DNA of 63,655 nucleotides, counting the filler, from Atractiella rhizophila (Eukaryota), in NCBI GenBank assembly GCA_021432655.1. It is 7 parts of 5 records of this genome, joined end to end, with 100 filler letters (N's around TTAATTAATTAA, not from the genome) between each part and the next. Parts side by side here need not be neighbours in the genome. Positions count along the whole stretch, not along the records: positions 6,691 to 13,611 come from MU271954.1; positions 13,712 to 21,032 come from MU271955.1; positions 21,133 to 26,850 come from MU271955.1; 4 more parts are not named here. One strand, given 5' to 3'. Shown here piece after piece: positions 11,301-21,373 of this stretch. Position numbers and translations under genes: made by a program. The notes under the pieces were generated by a model. That model worked only from the letters and a program-made list of their open reading frames with translations, ran no database searches and had not been told where the DNA came from. The number at the start of each line of letters is the position of its first letter. The first letter of the stretch is position 1.

Positions 11301-13611
11301 AGAAATCCCAGCATTTCTTCGATAACTTCAACTGGGCTCCATTCATTCTTGTCATCTCCGCTATCAACATTCTTGTCGTCACCATCTGGCTCCCGCTTCG
11401 CCTTTGGGGAGTGATCAAAGAGGTGGCGCCGAAGGTTGATAAGTTCAGCGAGTTGGGAGAGAGAAGGACTCCAGAGGAGCGCAAAAGGGAATACGAGCGG
11501 ATTGTTGATAATGATGAAGGCGAATTTAACTTCTTGTACAATTGTCAGTGTCTCTTCCATATATTAAACCTGCAGACTGAGTAAGGGTTCCAGCGTATCG
11601 ATATGAATGGGCTGGATTTAAAGCCATTTAGTAAGTTGGATGGCTTTCATCATCTTTCGCTTCAGGTTGACAATGTAAATAGCATGGCAATCAAGCTCAC
11701 CACAGTCATCATTCTCACTGTCTTCAGCAAGGACAATTGCCTGTTCCGTTCGGCGACGCGAGACAAAGTGTCGATCTTCAGGCAAGCAGTGCAGTTAGGT
11801 TTCATGGTCGGCTTCCTTATTATCCAAACGATCACACATCCCTTTATCGATCGAATTCAAAACAACAGCGACTGGGTCTCTCGAGTGGGATATGTAGTCA
11901 TCGCTCTTATTGGGCTTTTTGTGGCCATAAAGTCTCCTGCAGCAAATGCCCTTAACGGACCGGTTTTACTCATCGCCACTATCACCGTATATATTTTCAA
12001 CGGATACTTCTCGCTGATCCATACGGGTTTCGCCCAACAAGCAGTCAAGCGGTTGCAGAAGCGACTGGACTTTAGTATCGACCTGTTCTCCCCACACTTG
12101 GATCTCGCTAAGCATGTTACACGTCGAATCTGGCAGGAGACTTTTTCAACTATGTGCGTGCATCTTGATTTGTGACCGCAGTCGCTAATGAAATATAACA
12201 GCCTTCTTGCCGCTCCCGAATACCAGATGCCAAAGAACAACAAACTCATCTTCTCTGAATGCTCTAAAGCTAGCCCGTACCTGTTAGGTTTTGAGGGAAC
12301 GCAGGGCGAGCGACATGCCGAGAATGTCAAGGTATGATTACTTTCAAGCTCAAGGGTATTTGCTGATTGTAATACAGATCCTTCGGGAAATAGGCTACGA
12401 AGATTATGTGAGAGGCATTGAGAAGAACCACATCATGGAGAATAAACAGAAGGACCTTTGGACTAATATATTCATGGAGTTCTCTGGTCCCGACTGTTAC
12501 TGGCGACCAACAAAGACCCCACCACCTCCGGAAGTCAAATCGTTCTTTGGACGGGTCAAGGTCATTCCTTTCCCTTTCGCGGTTTGCATGAAGTACGATC
12601 AAAGCCGGACGATCTGCATGATCACAGAGTTGGACGAGCTCGAAGCTTATGTCGCTCAGAACAATGACCCTGATGTCCAACTAAAGCGGAAGGTGCGACA
12701 AGCCCTCCGCGTCTTGGACGGGAGAACAGTATATCATCCTCACACCCAAACCGATCTCGTGGGGACAAGAGTCACTCTCCCGTGGCAAAAGTCAAGTTAT
12801 TCTTTGCAAGTGCAGACTTCGTATCGTACTGACATGCTCCGAATCGAGCGCAATGCAGATCTGACTTGGAGAGGCTATAACTTTTGCTCGGGATTCAACG
12901 TCACCATCGATTATCGGGACGGTCAAGGTCGAACACCAGACGGCGGTCTGCAGCAAGGAAAGGAGTTAAAGCTCGATGCCACCGGTCTGGGCATCTCCGA
13001 CGATTTCTCGATCTCTCCTGTATTGGCAAACCTCTTGCGAGAAAACAAGGAAGCCATTAATCAGGGTCTTGAATCCCTTCAGAATATTCTGCTCGAGCAT
13101 CGAAAATACTTTTACGATCTTGCGACTTGGAAGCGTCGAGTCCTCTCATACTATTTCTTGATGGACATCAGTGCACAGGCTGGTCTCTCACCTGTTCAAA
13201 TTCGCCAGGTGATCGATCGAAACGAGCAGGCCACGAAAACTCGCAACTTGCCTTTGTGGTATTACGGCTCTATGGCAGTGCTCCAGGAAAGGCTGGCTGC
13301 TGTGAATCGTTCGACGGTTTCTCAGTTTTGGTACATTCTTTGGGATGACCTCTGGAGACGTAATGGAAACGACGTTCCTTCTATTGGGAAGCATCCTTCC
13401 CAGTTCAGTCCCTACTATCGCTCTTCGATCTGCTATCATCCTCTCTCCCGACCAGATCTTGAAACCTTCTTGAGAAACCTAGGGCTCTGGGTCAATGAGG
13501 GTCGAAGCGGCTATTTCACGACCGGTTTTCTCAATCGGATCTACCTCTTCCTTGATCAGGTTGTGTTCGAGAATGCTTCAGCTCAAATACCCATCAAAGT
13601 CGGATCAGAAC
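8383..13611 (+). CDS. Large multi-pass membrane protein of unknown function with a long disordered Pro-rich N-terminus; 3' truncated at contig end
   Basis: ATG at 8383, long ORFs 8876-11584, 11603-12175 and 12291-13611 linked by GT-AG introns. Several hydrophobic segments (e.g. KAILFFWLFIGLTFLG, FILVISAINILVVTIWLP). Confidence 0.75.
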
Positions 13612-13711
13612 NNNNNNNNNNNNNNNNNNNNNNNNNNNNNNNNNNNNNNNNNNNNTTAATTAATTAANNNNNNNNNNNNNNNNNNNNNNNNNNNNNNNNN
13701 NNNNNNNNNNN

Positions 13712-14090
13712 ACACCACAGCACGGATGGATGTCAGTCAACTCATCCATCAAGTAAGTTAAACACTTCGTGATTACACTGGCGTCTAGTTGATGATGAAT
13801 TCTATAGGTTCGACTATTCGAGTGTCTCCTTCGGATTGGACAAGGTTCAGTCTCACTTCCTTCACACAAACAGCAGAGCTCCTCGCTATGTCAAAATGTT
13901 CAAAAGAAATCCTCCCATCGACGGCAGTGGGTGGAAGCAAGGTGTTGAAATAACGTTTTCGCTCCAAGTGCCGTACGTCGAATGCTTTCTCCAGACTTTT
14001 CGAAAAGAAGGAGAGCGATGGGGAATTGAAGGTGATATAGAGGTGTGGAAAGGAGAAGAAAGCAAGATAAACGTAGCCAATGAAGCTTGA
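13712..14090 (+). CDS. 3' end of an unknown protein (5' truncated by contig start)
   Basis: GTAAGT...CTAG intron near 13753-13788, followed by an open exon ending VANEA-TGA and then AT-rich 3' sequence. Confidence 0.5.
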
Positions 14091-15023
14091 AATAAATTCT
14101 CACAGTTCTGTAACGTTCTCCGTTATTTATTCTGCAGTTTTGGGAATATCAAGGAAATTCCTTTAGGTCAGGATGTGCCGAATTTCTGGCTGAAATGTAA
14201 TAAATTCGTTAAAAATTCGAATTTACTACAAGGCAGGGCATCGTGAACTCAAATTATCGCTATTATTTAGCTTCTTAGAATTGTTCCCGAAATCACTCCC
14301 TCAACTTCAGAATGGTTCGGAGTATGGAGTGCACGAGAAGTGTGCCATCCACTTCGCACTAAGTAATGATTAATGAGGTCTGCTGACGTTGAAACAACGT
14401 TCATTGTGGTCCCAAAACACGTTGCCCCGGGTTGCAAGCAATAAAAACGCACCACAATCAGGTTCTCATCCCTCTTTTCAGTTGTTTGCATAAAGTTCCT
14501 CCAACACATTTGAATGATGGGCGATTCTCATACCTGCCACGATCAAAGTATCGGATGCTGGATTGGCGTTACACTTTGTTAGGTGCGCACCGTACTTGCA
14601 TATTGCTTGAAGCAAGGCCAGATCTGAGGCCAACAGTTGATTACGGTGATTTAATTGTAGAAATCGGGAAGCTGAGAGTGAAGTATGCTCGAATGCTGAT
14701 AGAGTTGAAGAATTTGTAAACTTGATGGAAAGGTCGGAAAGACGACGGTCACGTCTTCGAGGCAAGCACAAGCTGACAATCCAAATTCGATCAAAACATA
14801 TCGGTAATATAGTTACGACGAGGTCCTCTACAGAAGCACCTGAGCGCCTGAGCTACGTTGCAGCAAAGTCAGAAATGATGGGCTAAAGCTACATTCTTTA
14901 GTGATCATCTCTGGATACAGTTCTTTCTCTTACAGAAATTTACCTTTGCGATTGTTTAAAGTGCCCTAAGATGTCCTCTCAATTGATCATTGTTCTAGAT
15001 ACCTTCCTAAATCCTCCTCCACG

Positions 15024-16736
15024 TCAATGTGTGATAGGGATTACTGAAAAGAACCCACCAAACTTTATACCACGATCTGCCAGCGCATTCCTTAGCCGGA
15101 TGACGCTCTCGCTTTCTCGCCTCCAGACTCCTGATGGCCCATACACCGTTAACGTCTTCAAACAAGGCATGATAGCCTCAGTGGCCTCTTCGAACGTCAT
15201 TGATAATGTGTCTAGAAAGGTGTCGGTGTCGCTAACAGGCTTTCCACACCATGAATACTCGCTGAGATCAATGACCAAATGCTCCGTCCTCGACGTGGTT
15301 GATTTAAGAATATCGTACATCTTCGGCTCATACCATGTTGCGCTGTCGCTCAACCGCAATTTGAGCTCCGGAAAGTGAGTAAGCTGATTCGTGACAGAAC
15401 AGACGATCTTTGTGATAGTGCTGGTGGGGGAAGGGAAGACAACACCTAGATCAAAACTGTGAGGTATCAATTGTCTATTCACAAGTTGTTCAATGGCATC
15501 TCGACATTTCCGCGCCGTCGCAGGTGAGTCCTCCCCAGCGTTTGTTTTCAGCACCAGAGCTCTGAGAGGTGTCGACGGGAGGAATGATAGGAAGAACTCG
15601 TCAACGAAACTACAATGCCAAAGTGTGACTTCCTGAAGGTGTTCTAGTGGGTGGTATCCTTTTGCCAATTCGGTCCCAAATGACATGCTTATTAAGTGTA
15701 ACTTTCGCAATTCTAGAGATTTGGAAATGAGAGGAAACATCTTGAACAATCGGCATTTGTCGTTCATATTGTGTTTGCCCTCGCTGAAATCAAACATGAA
15801 GGTTTTTAATCGCGGAAGGTGTCCAAAAGGAACCATCAGCCGCTGCTGCTGCACGCTTTCTGTGACTGTAACTCGTAAGTCGAGCAAAGCTTTTGCGAGC
15901 AAATTTGTCACGTCAGCGAGGCCCGACCAAGCTAACTCGTGCAGGCATTCGAGTCTCAAATGGGTGACGTGTAGAGAAGTAGCTTGAGCCGTGAACCTCG
16001 TGACAAAGTTAACCGGAGTGTTCTTTAGAGCCAAATAGAAATTGCGAAGTGTAGTTAAATCGGAGCCAATTGTTTCAATGATCTCGGAAGGAACGTCATT
16101 GTGCCCAACATATAGATAGCTGAGAGATGAAAACAATGCAGCCATTGGAAGATCGAAGCGCAAAGTTCCACGTAACCGCGCCACGTGAAGACTACCAGAT
16201 GAACTACCGAGGTTTGGAAGAAGAGTAGAGAGGTAGAACGGCCGAAATCGTGAAGAGTTTGTCACAGAGAGATTTTGGAGAAAGGGTAGAGCTGGAAACC
16301 TGAACCTCGGGTGCTCGACGCCGATAACATCCCACCAGAGGAGAGAACGAAGGTTCGTGCATCGATCGATGACAGCTTGCCCAAATTCGAGAGGGAGGTC
16401 CTTTTGGTCGTTAGAATCTCCTAAAAAGCGGAGTGTCCAAACAGAACTTGCACCATTCTCATCCCTATCCAAAGCAGCCAAGCACGCTTCCATCTTCGCC
16501 ACTCTCATCTCTGGATCCCTAGATCCTTGACAAACGGAGCGCAGATCAATTACTCGCATAATCAATTGGTTCGATATCTCTTTCCATCTTCGACAAACGA
16601 GAGCAGTTGTGCAGTAAGATCTCCGGGGTAAAAAGCGATTCTTTCCCCAGAGCCAGAAGTTTTCTACTTCGTCGATTGAAACGAGAATTTTTCGTATAAG
16701 TTCCAAAGGCAGGATATCGTTCATTGATTTCGCCAT
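15024..16736 (-). CDS. Intronless F-box/LRR(RNI)-like protein
   Basis: Uninterrupted ORF with LPLELIRKILVSID...ALVCRRWKEISNQL followed by LxxLxL-like repeats (LRSLLW, LQNLSV, LPRLKTF, LRKLHL). Confidence 0.75.
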   Translation of the reverse strand: MAKSMNDILPLELIRKILVSIDEVENFWLWGKNRFLPRRSYCTTALVCRRWKEISNQLIMRVIDLRSVCQGSRDPEMRVAKMEACLAALDRDENGASSVWTLRFLGDSNDQKDLPLEFGQAVIDRCTNLRSLLWWDVIGVEHPRFRFPALPFLQNLSVTNSSRFRPFYLSTLLPNLGSSSGSLHVARLRGTLRFDLPMAALFSSLSYLYVGHNDVPSEIIETIGSDLTTLRNFYLALKNTPVNFVTRFTAQATSLHVTHLRLECLHELAWSGLADVTNLLAKALLDLRVTVTESVQQQRLMVPFGHLPRLKTFMFDFSEGKHNMNDKCRLFKMFPLISKSLELRKLHLISMSFGTELAKGYHPLEHLQEVTLWHCSFVDEFFLSFLPSTPLRALVLKTNAGEDSPATARKCRDAIEQLVNRQLIPHSFDLGVVFPSPTSTITKIVCSVTNQLTHFPELKLRLSDSATWYEPKMYDILKSTTSRTEHLVIDLSEYSWCGKPVSDTDTFLDTLSMTFEEATEAIMPCLKTLTVYGPSGVWRRESESVIRLRNALADRGIKFGGFFSVIPITH

Positions 16737-17035
16737 TGTCTGAAGATTTGGTGAGCGTGTTGCCGCGTCTGTTAAACACTGGCAGCCTTTTGAGGCAAGG
16801 ATTTTTGTCCTTGTTGCTTGATAAATAGAGTTCGGGCTTTTGCGTTCAGAACAAGGAACATTTTCCTTGTTCGGAAATTTTTGGTGCTTCAGCTCTCGGA
16901 AATGAAACAATTACATGCCACATATAAGCAACCCAACTTTCTTCAGTGCATTGCAAGTAGTATACATTCGTCATGACCACTATAGTAGTTGAGAGCTAAG
17001 CAACCATACAGGCACAAAAAATTATGCATGCATGA

Positions 17036-18918
17036 TCATGCAAGGGCACCTTTGATTGAGTACAAGTCAGCTTTAATATCTTTCACGTTGAACAGTAAAC
17101 TCACCAAGAGGGTCCCAAGGCGGCAATTCAACGGCATCCTTGTTCTCCCATACCCTCCTTAGGTCCTTAGGGACAAAGCTCTTATGGGCCACAATCTGGT
17201 ACACAAACTCATCGAACCATCCGTCCGTCTACCCATCGGGCGCAGGGGATCGACATCTTATCTCAACCGACAAGAGGTAAGGGTACGAACCATCATGAAA
17301 TAACCTTTCTCTCCTGGAGTTGGACCCCAAGAGTTCTCAACCCTCCATCTGACAGGTTTTCCGTCTTTGTCGAGGTGAACGGCGGTAATGGTCATCGCGT
17401 GCGTCATGGCCGAATCGCCCATTTGGAGTCGTTCAGATTTGGTCATTCCTTTGGTGGTACCAAAGGCGTTGGATAGGTCGAATAACTACAAACATCCACA
17501 TTCTTGTTCATATCAGTCGGTCAGCGAAGGCGATGGGCAGACCTTGTGGTCCATTAATCCAAGAGTGCGCTCAGAGGATTGTCCAACGTCGCACCCGAAC
17601 CAGACTGTGGACCAGATGCAATGAGTCAGCTAGGAATCATAGAACTCGATGGCAAGAACGGACCAGGTTGGTCGGCTTTGAGGAGGGCGATTGCGACCTG
17701 CTTCATCTTCTCCCTTCATGCAAATTCAATACCCATCTTTTAACATCAGGGTCAACTCACACTCCGGAGTTCACATAGCTGGACATCCCATCAATAAACT
17801 AGTCAGGAGTGAGAGAAGGAGATACGAACCTCACTCTTTCTCCCTCCCACACATTACCAAGATGTTTGACGGTATAGAGTTTCCCATACTCGTTCCTCGG
17901 ATCGTCAATCAAAGAAACCGAGTCCTTAGCCGAGAAAAAGTCGCATTGCTCCTTATAAAACGACAACGGCGTCGCCTTGATCGAATGAAACTTGCCATTC
18001 TTATCGTAATACTCCCACGTGAACTCTTCCACCTTCTTCGGGCTTCCACAGGTGATACAAAGGATGCGATAGACCTCGTCCATCTGCTCGCTCTTCCTCT
18101 TCCTCAACGCCTTCACCGCCAACGCCTTCGCTTCGGCGCGCGAGAGACCTTGAGTGGTGTAAGAGGAGAGGAAAGAGGCGTAGAGACGACGGAGCTCGAG
18201 GGTATATTCTCGCAGCTTGGTCGTGAGGAGTGAATCGACTTTGGAGGAGTTGGAGGAGTTGAAGGACTCTGGATAGACGCTTTGGGGTACTAGACCGTAT
18301 TTCTCGATCAGATTCGAGGCCATGTCCCATTGTCCACCATCTATTTCAGTAGATGCTTCAGATTCATGGAGAAGAGAAAGGCTCGAGACAAAGGACGAAC
18401 CATTCTCAGGTGCTGTGGATAGGAATTGGATCACTCGACTGTCAAGAGGCTCATCGACTAATTCAATCATTGTCTCGAGGTAGCTGTCGATACATTCATC
18501 GGTAAATAGCTGGAGCGTAACAGAGTGGGAGGGGGAAAGAAGACGCACTAGTTGCTCTTCTCAACATGGTCATAGAAGAACAGGTAGCTTCGTTTCTCTC
18601 GTCAGCACAGTGGTCTCGCGAGAACTAGAGAAAGAAACACCTTTGCGAGAGTTGGAAGTCGTCTATCTCAAAAAATCCATCAATTTTATTGGGAGAGGAA
18701 GAAGGGACGAAGAGACGAACCAAGGTTATATTTCTTCTTGAGCCCGATCCTGATCACATTCGTTGTAGCAAAGAGCCAGCATCTGCCTGAGGACATTTGA
18801 CTGGTGACTACATACACCAAAGACTTAATAATTGGTGGAGCAGAGCGAGACTGGGAGGGACGAACTCGGCGTTCCCTCCGTCGAAATCTTGGTGTTATAG
18901 ATATGCAAATCCTCCGCC
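17036..18918 (-). CDS. LAP3: Bleomycin hydrolase / cysteine aminopeptidase (peptidase C1B); its 5' exons lie in the mirrored block at 20677-21032
   Basis: Catalytic QMSSGRCWLFA, DGGQWDM, MTHAM and WRVENSWG motifs, plus the C-terminal PPWDPLGALA-stop, across multiple GT-AG introns. Confidence 0.95.
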
Positions 18919-20188
18919 GTCCCGTTTAGGTTGACAGAGGCGCCATACAGGGGTCGAGCAGAGGAGGCGGTTGGTCGTTCCCTTGCATTAAGTGCCTAAC
19001 GCTTGGATGTTAAGCCCCTAACTCGTCACACTGCGAACGCGTCAACCGTCCTGTAGCCTTCGCCTTCCAGCATAGCAACTTTCCACACCGTTAAAAGCGG
19101 TAAATCTGGCGTGATCTGCTTTCTTAGTCATTTGACATAGTTATGACTTCTGCTAACCACTAGCCCGTGTTTCATCACGTCCACTTGTTGTGACATAGAC
19201 AACCTTTTTTAACCTACCGAAAACGACGGGTCTGCAGATGTCATAAAAGCGTGCTTTTTCTAGAAAGAGCACGATTACCGTGTCAAGGCTGTACTGTCCA
19301 TCCTGGGCTCACGTAAAGATCGTACAGTTTAGATTTTCGTCTTGACTTCCAACGGATTAACTGTGTCTGACCTATAAAAACGGTGAGGACAACTGTATTG
19401 TTTTTCAGTGGGAGAAGGAAAAGTGACAGTCCTACACATTACTTCTAATGTCGAAGATTTAAACCCTTCTGTCTGCGTCATGTTTTTCATAAGTAGTATT
19501 AACCCTTAGTTTAACTCTTTCGCTGTTATGATGCGCAAGACGTATATCGTTGTAGGACTACATATGAGCTCCGAAGAATGGGAACTTGAGACCTATGGGT
19601 ACATTATACAGAGGTCAGTAGGACCATGGAGGTCTTTAGATCTTATGATCGAGATTTCTCCTAAAGTTCCACTGAAGAACTTGAGGTCACGTGGTGTAGT
19701 AGTTGTTTAGCTTCCCTCTGAGTGTAGTCGTAAGGAAGGGCAGGTTATTCGCGAGCACGTCAGGTGTTTGACCAGAAACAGGTGGGGTATCTTCGATGAG
19801 AGAGATTGGTTGTTACGCTTAGGGTGCTAGGTTTCCCGTTCTTTGTCACGTTCGTGGCATAAAAAGGTGAACGGGGGTATAGATGGCTGTAGGTTAGATA
19901 GGCGGTTGAGGAGGTTGCCCGGCATTTCGCGGTGGAAAACTAAACGTCGAGCTGCCTTCCTCTTCCAGGCGCGTCGGTCAAGAGCCAACGAGACTTGCCA
20001 CGCTTAAACGCACGGGTGTCGTCGTCCCCTATCATTCCTAACAACCGCACTCCTAGCCACCCCACGCTTCGGATACCTCTACGAGCTCACCGAGACACGC
20101 GCGGCATCGCTACCCCCTTACGACGTCAAGCTAGAACCCAGCTCCTCCGCACCGACGGACACCTCAGAAGCCGACTGTACCGTCGGTA
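18919..20188. CDS. Hidden LCCL-domain membrane protein, 5' part. Read the + sequence backwards without complementing: exon about 20188-19725, intron 19724-19113, exon 19112-18919
   Basis: Reversed text encodes NWLRGPSPSVELQIK...LALFLALWIVGFALLVRESSF...CTSAYWTGRNAD|CGLNGENC.PFNDTTFRFRCPANCASVTLLNPRIVGSQSVNYVPLLVGGGDELGTYRGDSWICP, with a GTGAGT donor and ACTGAT...CTAG acceptor. A few single-base indels are present. Confidence 0.85.
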
Positions 20189-20676
20189 AAGCACCCTCCA
20201 CCCGTCCCCACGCATCAGACTCATCACACTCGCCTCACCCGCTTCCCACTTCCCCTTCCACTCGTATGTTACGATTTACTCGCAGTCTATAAGAACCCGG
20301 CGGCCCCGTGTTGTAACCGTATAAAGTTTAGAAGGTGCTCCTCTTCCACTCTATGCGGCTTGATAGGAGCGTAAACCTAAGATAGATCGTTGTGACTGAT
20401 CTTCAGGATGTCTACGTTTCCCTATCTGACTTGTACGAAACCGACCCTCCTATGTCCTATGTACCACTTTACTTTATCGTTATGGACCTTCGTTAGGTGT
20501 AGGAGTACACTGGGACACCTCGTTAAAGTTTAAGAATAGTGGACGTAGAATTTCGCTCTGGTTGCTGGTCACACCAGGAGGAGGCTCGTCAGGAGGTCAT
20601 TGGGAATATATTGGGAGTTCCAGGCTAAGACTCGAGGAGAAAAGGGTCTGGTCAGTTTCTTTCGTCGTGCTATTGG

Positions 20677-21032
20677 TACCCTCGGTGTGGAAGCTTCGGT
20701 CAGGTCCTTTTTGGTTCACAGGCTCTTCGTTTCCCTCGAGCTCTGCCGGTGCAGGGAGGAAGCGAGCGAGGTCTAGGCGCTGAGGTTACCTAGAAGGAGA
20801 AGGAGGAGAAGCCTCTCCCCCTTATACCTGGACGCTGTCGACTACAGAGCAAACTGCCTAACTTTCTCACCGTCCTCTTGAACAAGCACAACGGTGAAGG
20901 GAAACTGCTGCGATACACGACTAACACCCTACGGCTTACGCATCGCTCTTAAGCCGAGCGAAGGTCGAGAGGGTCGTGCGACAACAGCTTCGTTCTGACC
21001 TGATAGCGTGAGCGGCCGTCCCTCTCTCACTG
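20677..21032. CDS. LAP3: 5' exons of bleomycin hydrolase (complement of the + sequence read left to right)
   Basis: MGATPSKPVQENQVSEKQRELETATSLLRSLQIRD...DVSFDGLKEWQENF, then a GTTCGT...GCTGAT...TAG intron, then ENSARFQLS/STLLSKQDWTIALAGRERVT (one extra C), continuing into AEDLHIYNTK at 18918. Confidence 0.9.
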
Positions 21033-21373
21033 NNNNNNNNNNNNNNNNNNNNNNNNNNNNNNNNNNNNNNNNNNNNTTAATTAATTAANNNNNNNNNNNN
21101 NNNNNNNNNNNNNNNNNNNNNNNNNNNNNNNNAACCAGCATCTGGATTTTGATTGAACATATGTAGCAAAGAAAATCAAAAGGGGGAGAGGTCACATTCG
21201 AACATATTGCACTGCTCGGGAATTGGGAGTGGGGAGTCGAAGGATGGAAAAACACAGACGTGGATCACGGACAAGGCTTTTGAGATGGATCAAATGAGTA
21301 GAGCGAGATGAAGGGAGAGAGTATATGTTAAGGATCGTGTTTCTTGTTTCTCTGCACAGGATGGAAAGTTGGA

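Larger units (their letters stand above)
18919..21032. other. Mirror-reversed (reversed, not complemented) sequence block
   Basis: No sensible genes on either real strand. The complement read left to right gives the bleomycin hydrolase N-terminus and joins 18918 in frame; reading backwards gives an LCCL-domain gene. Confidence 0.97.

Noticed and set aside
19528..20783. Short ORFs called within the mirrored block
   Set aside because: Chance frames in reversed text; the real coding information appears only after un-mirroring.
18919..21032. Mirror block as a genuine biological rearrangement or template-reversal system
   Set aside because: No known chemistry makes a reversed, non-complemented copy. 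The block ends exactly at a contig end and carries read-like indels.
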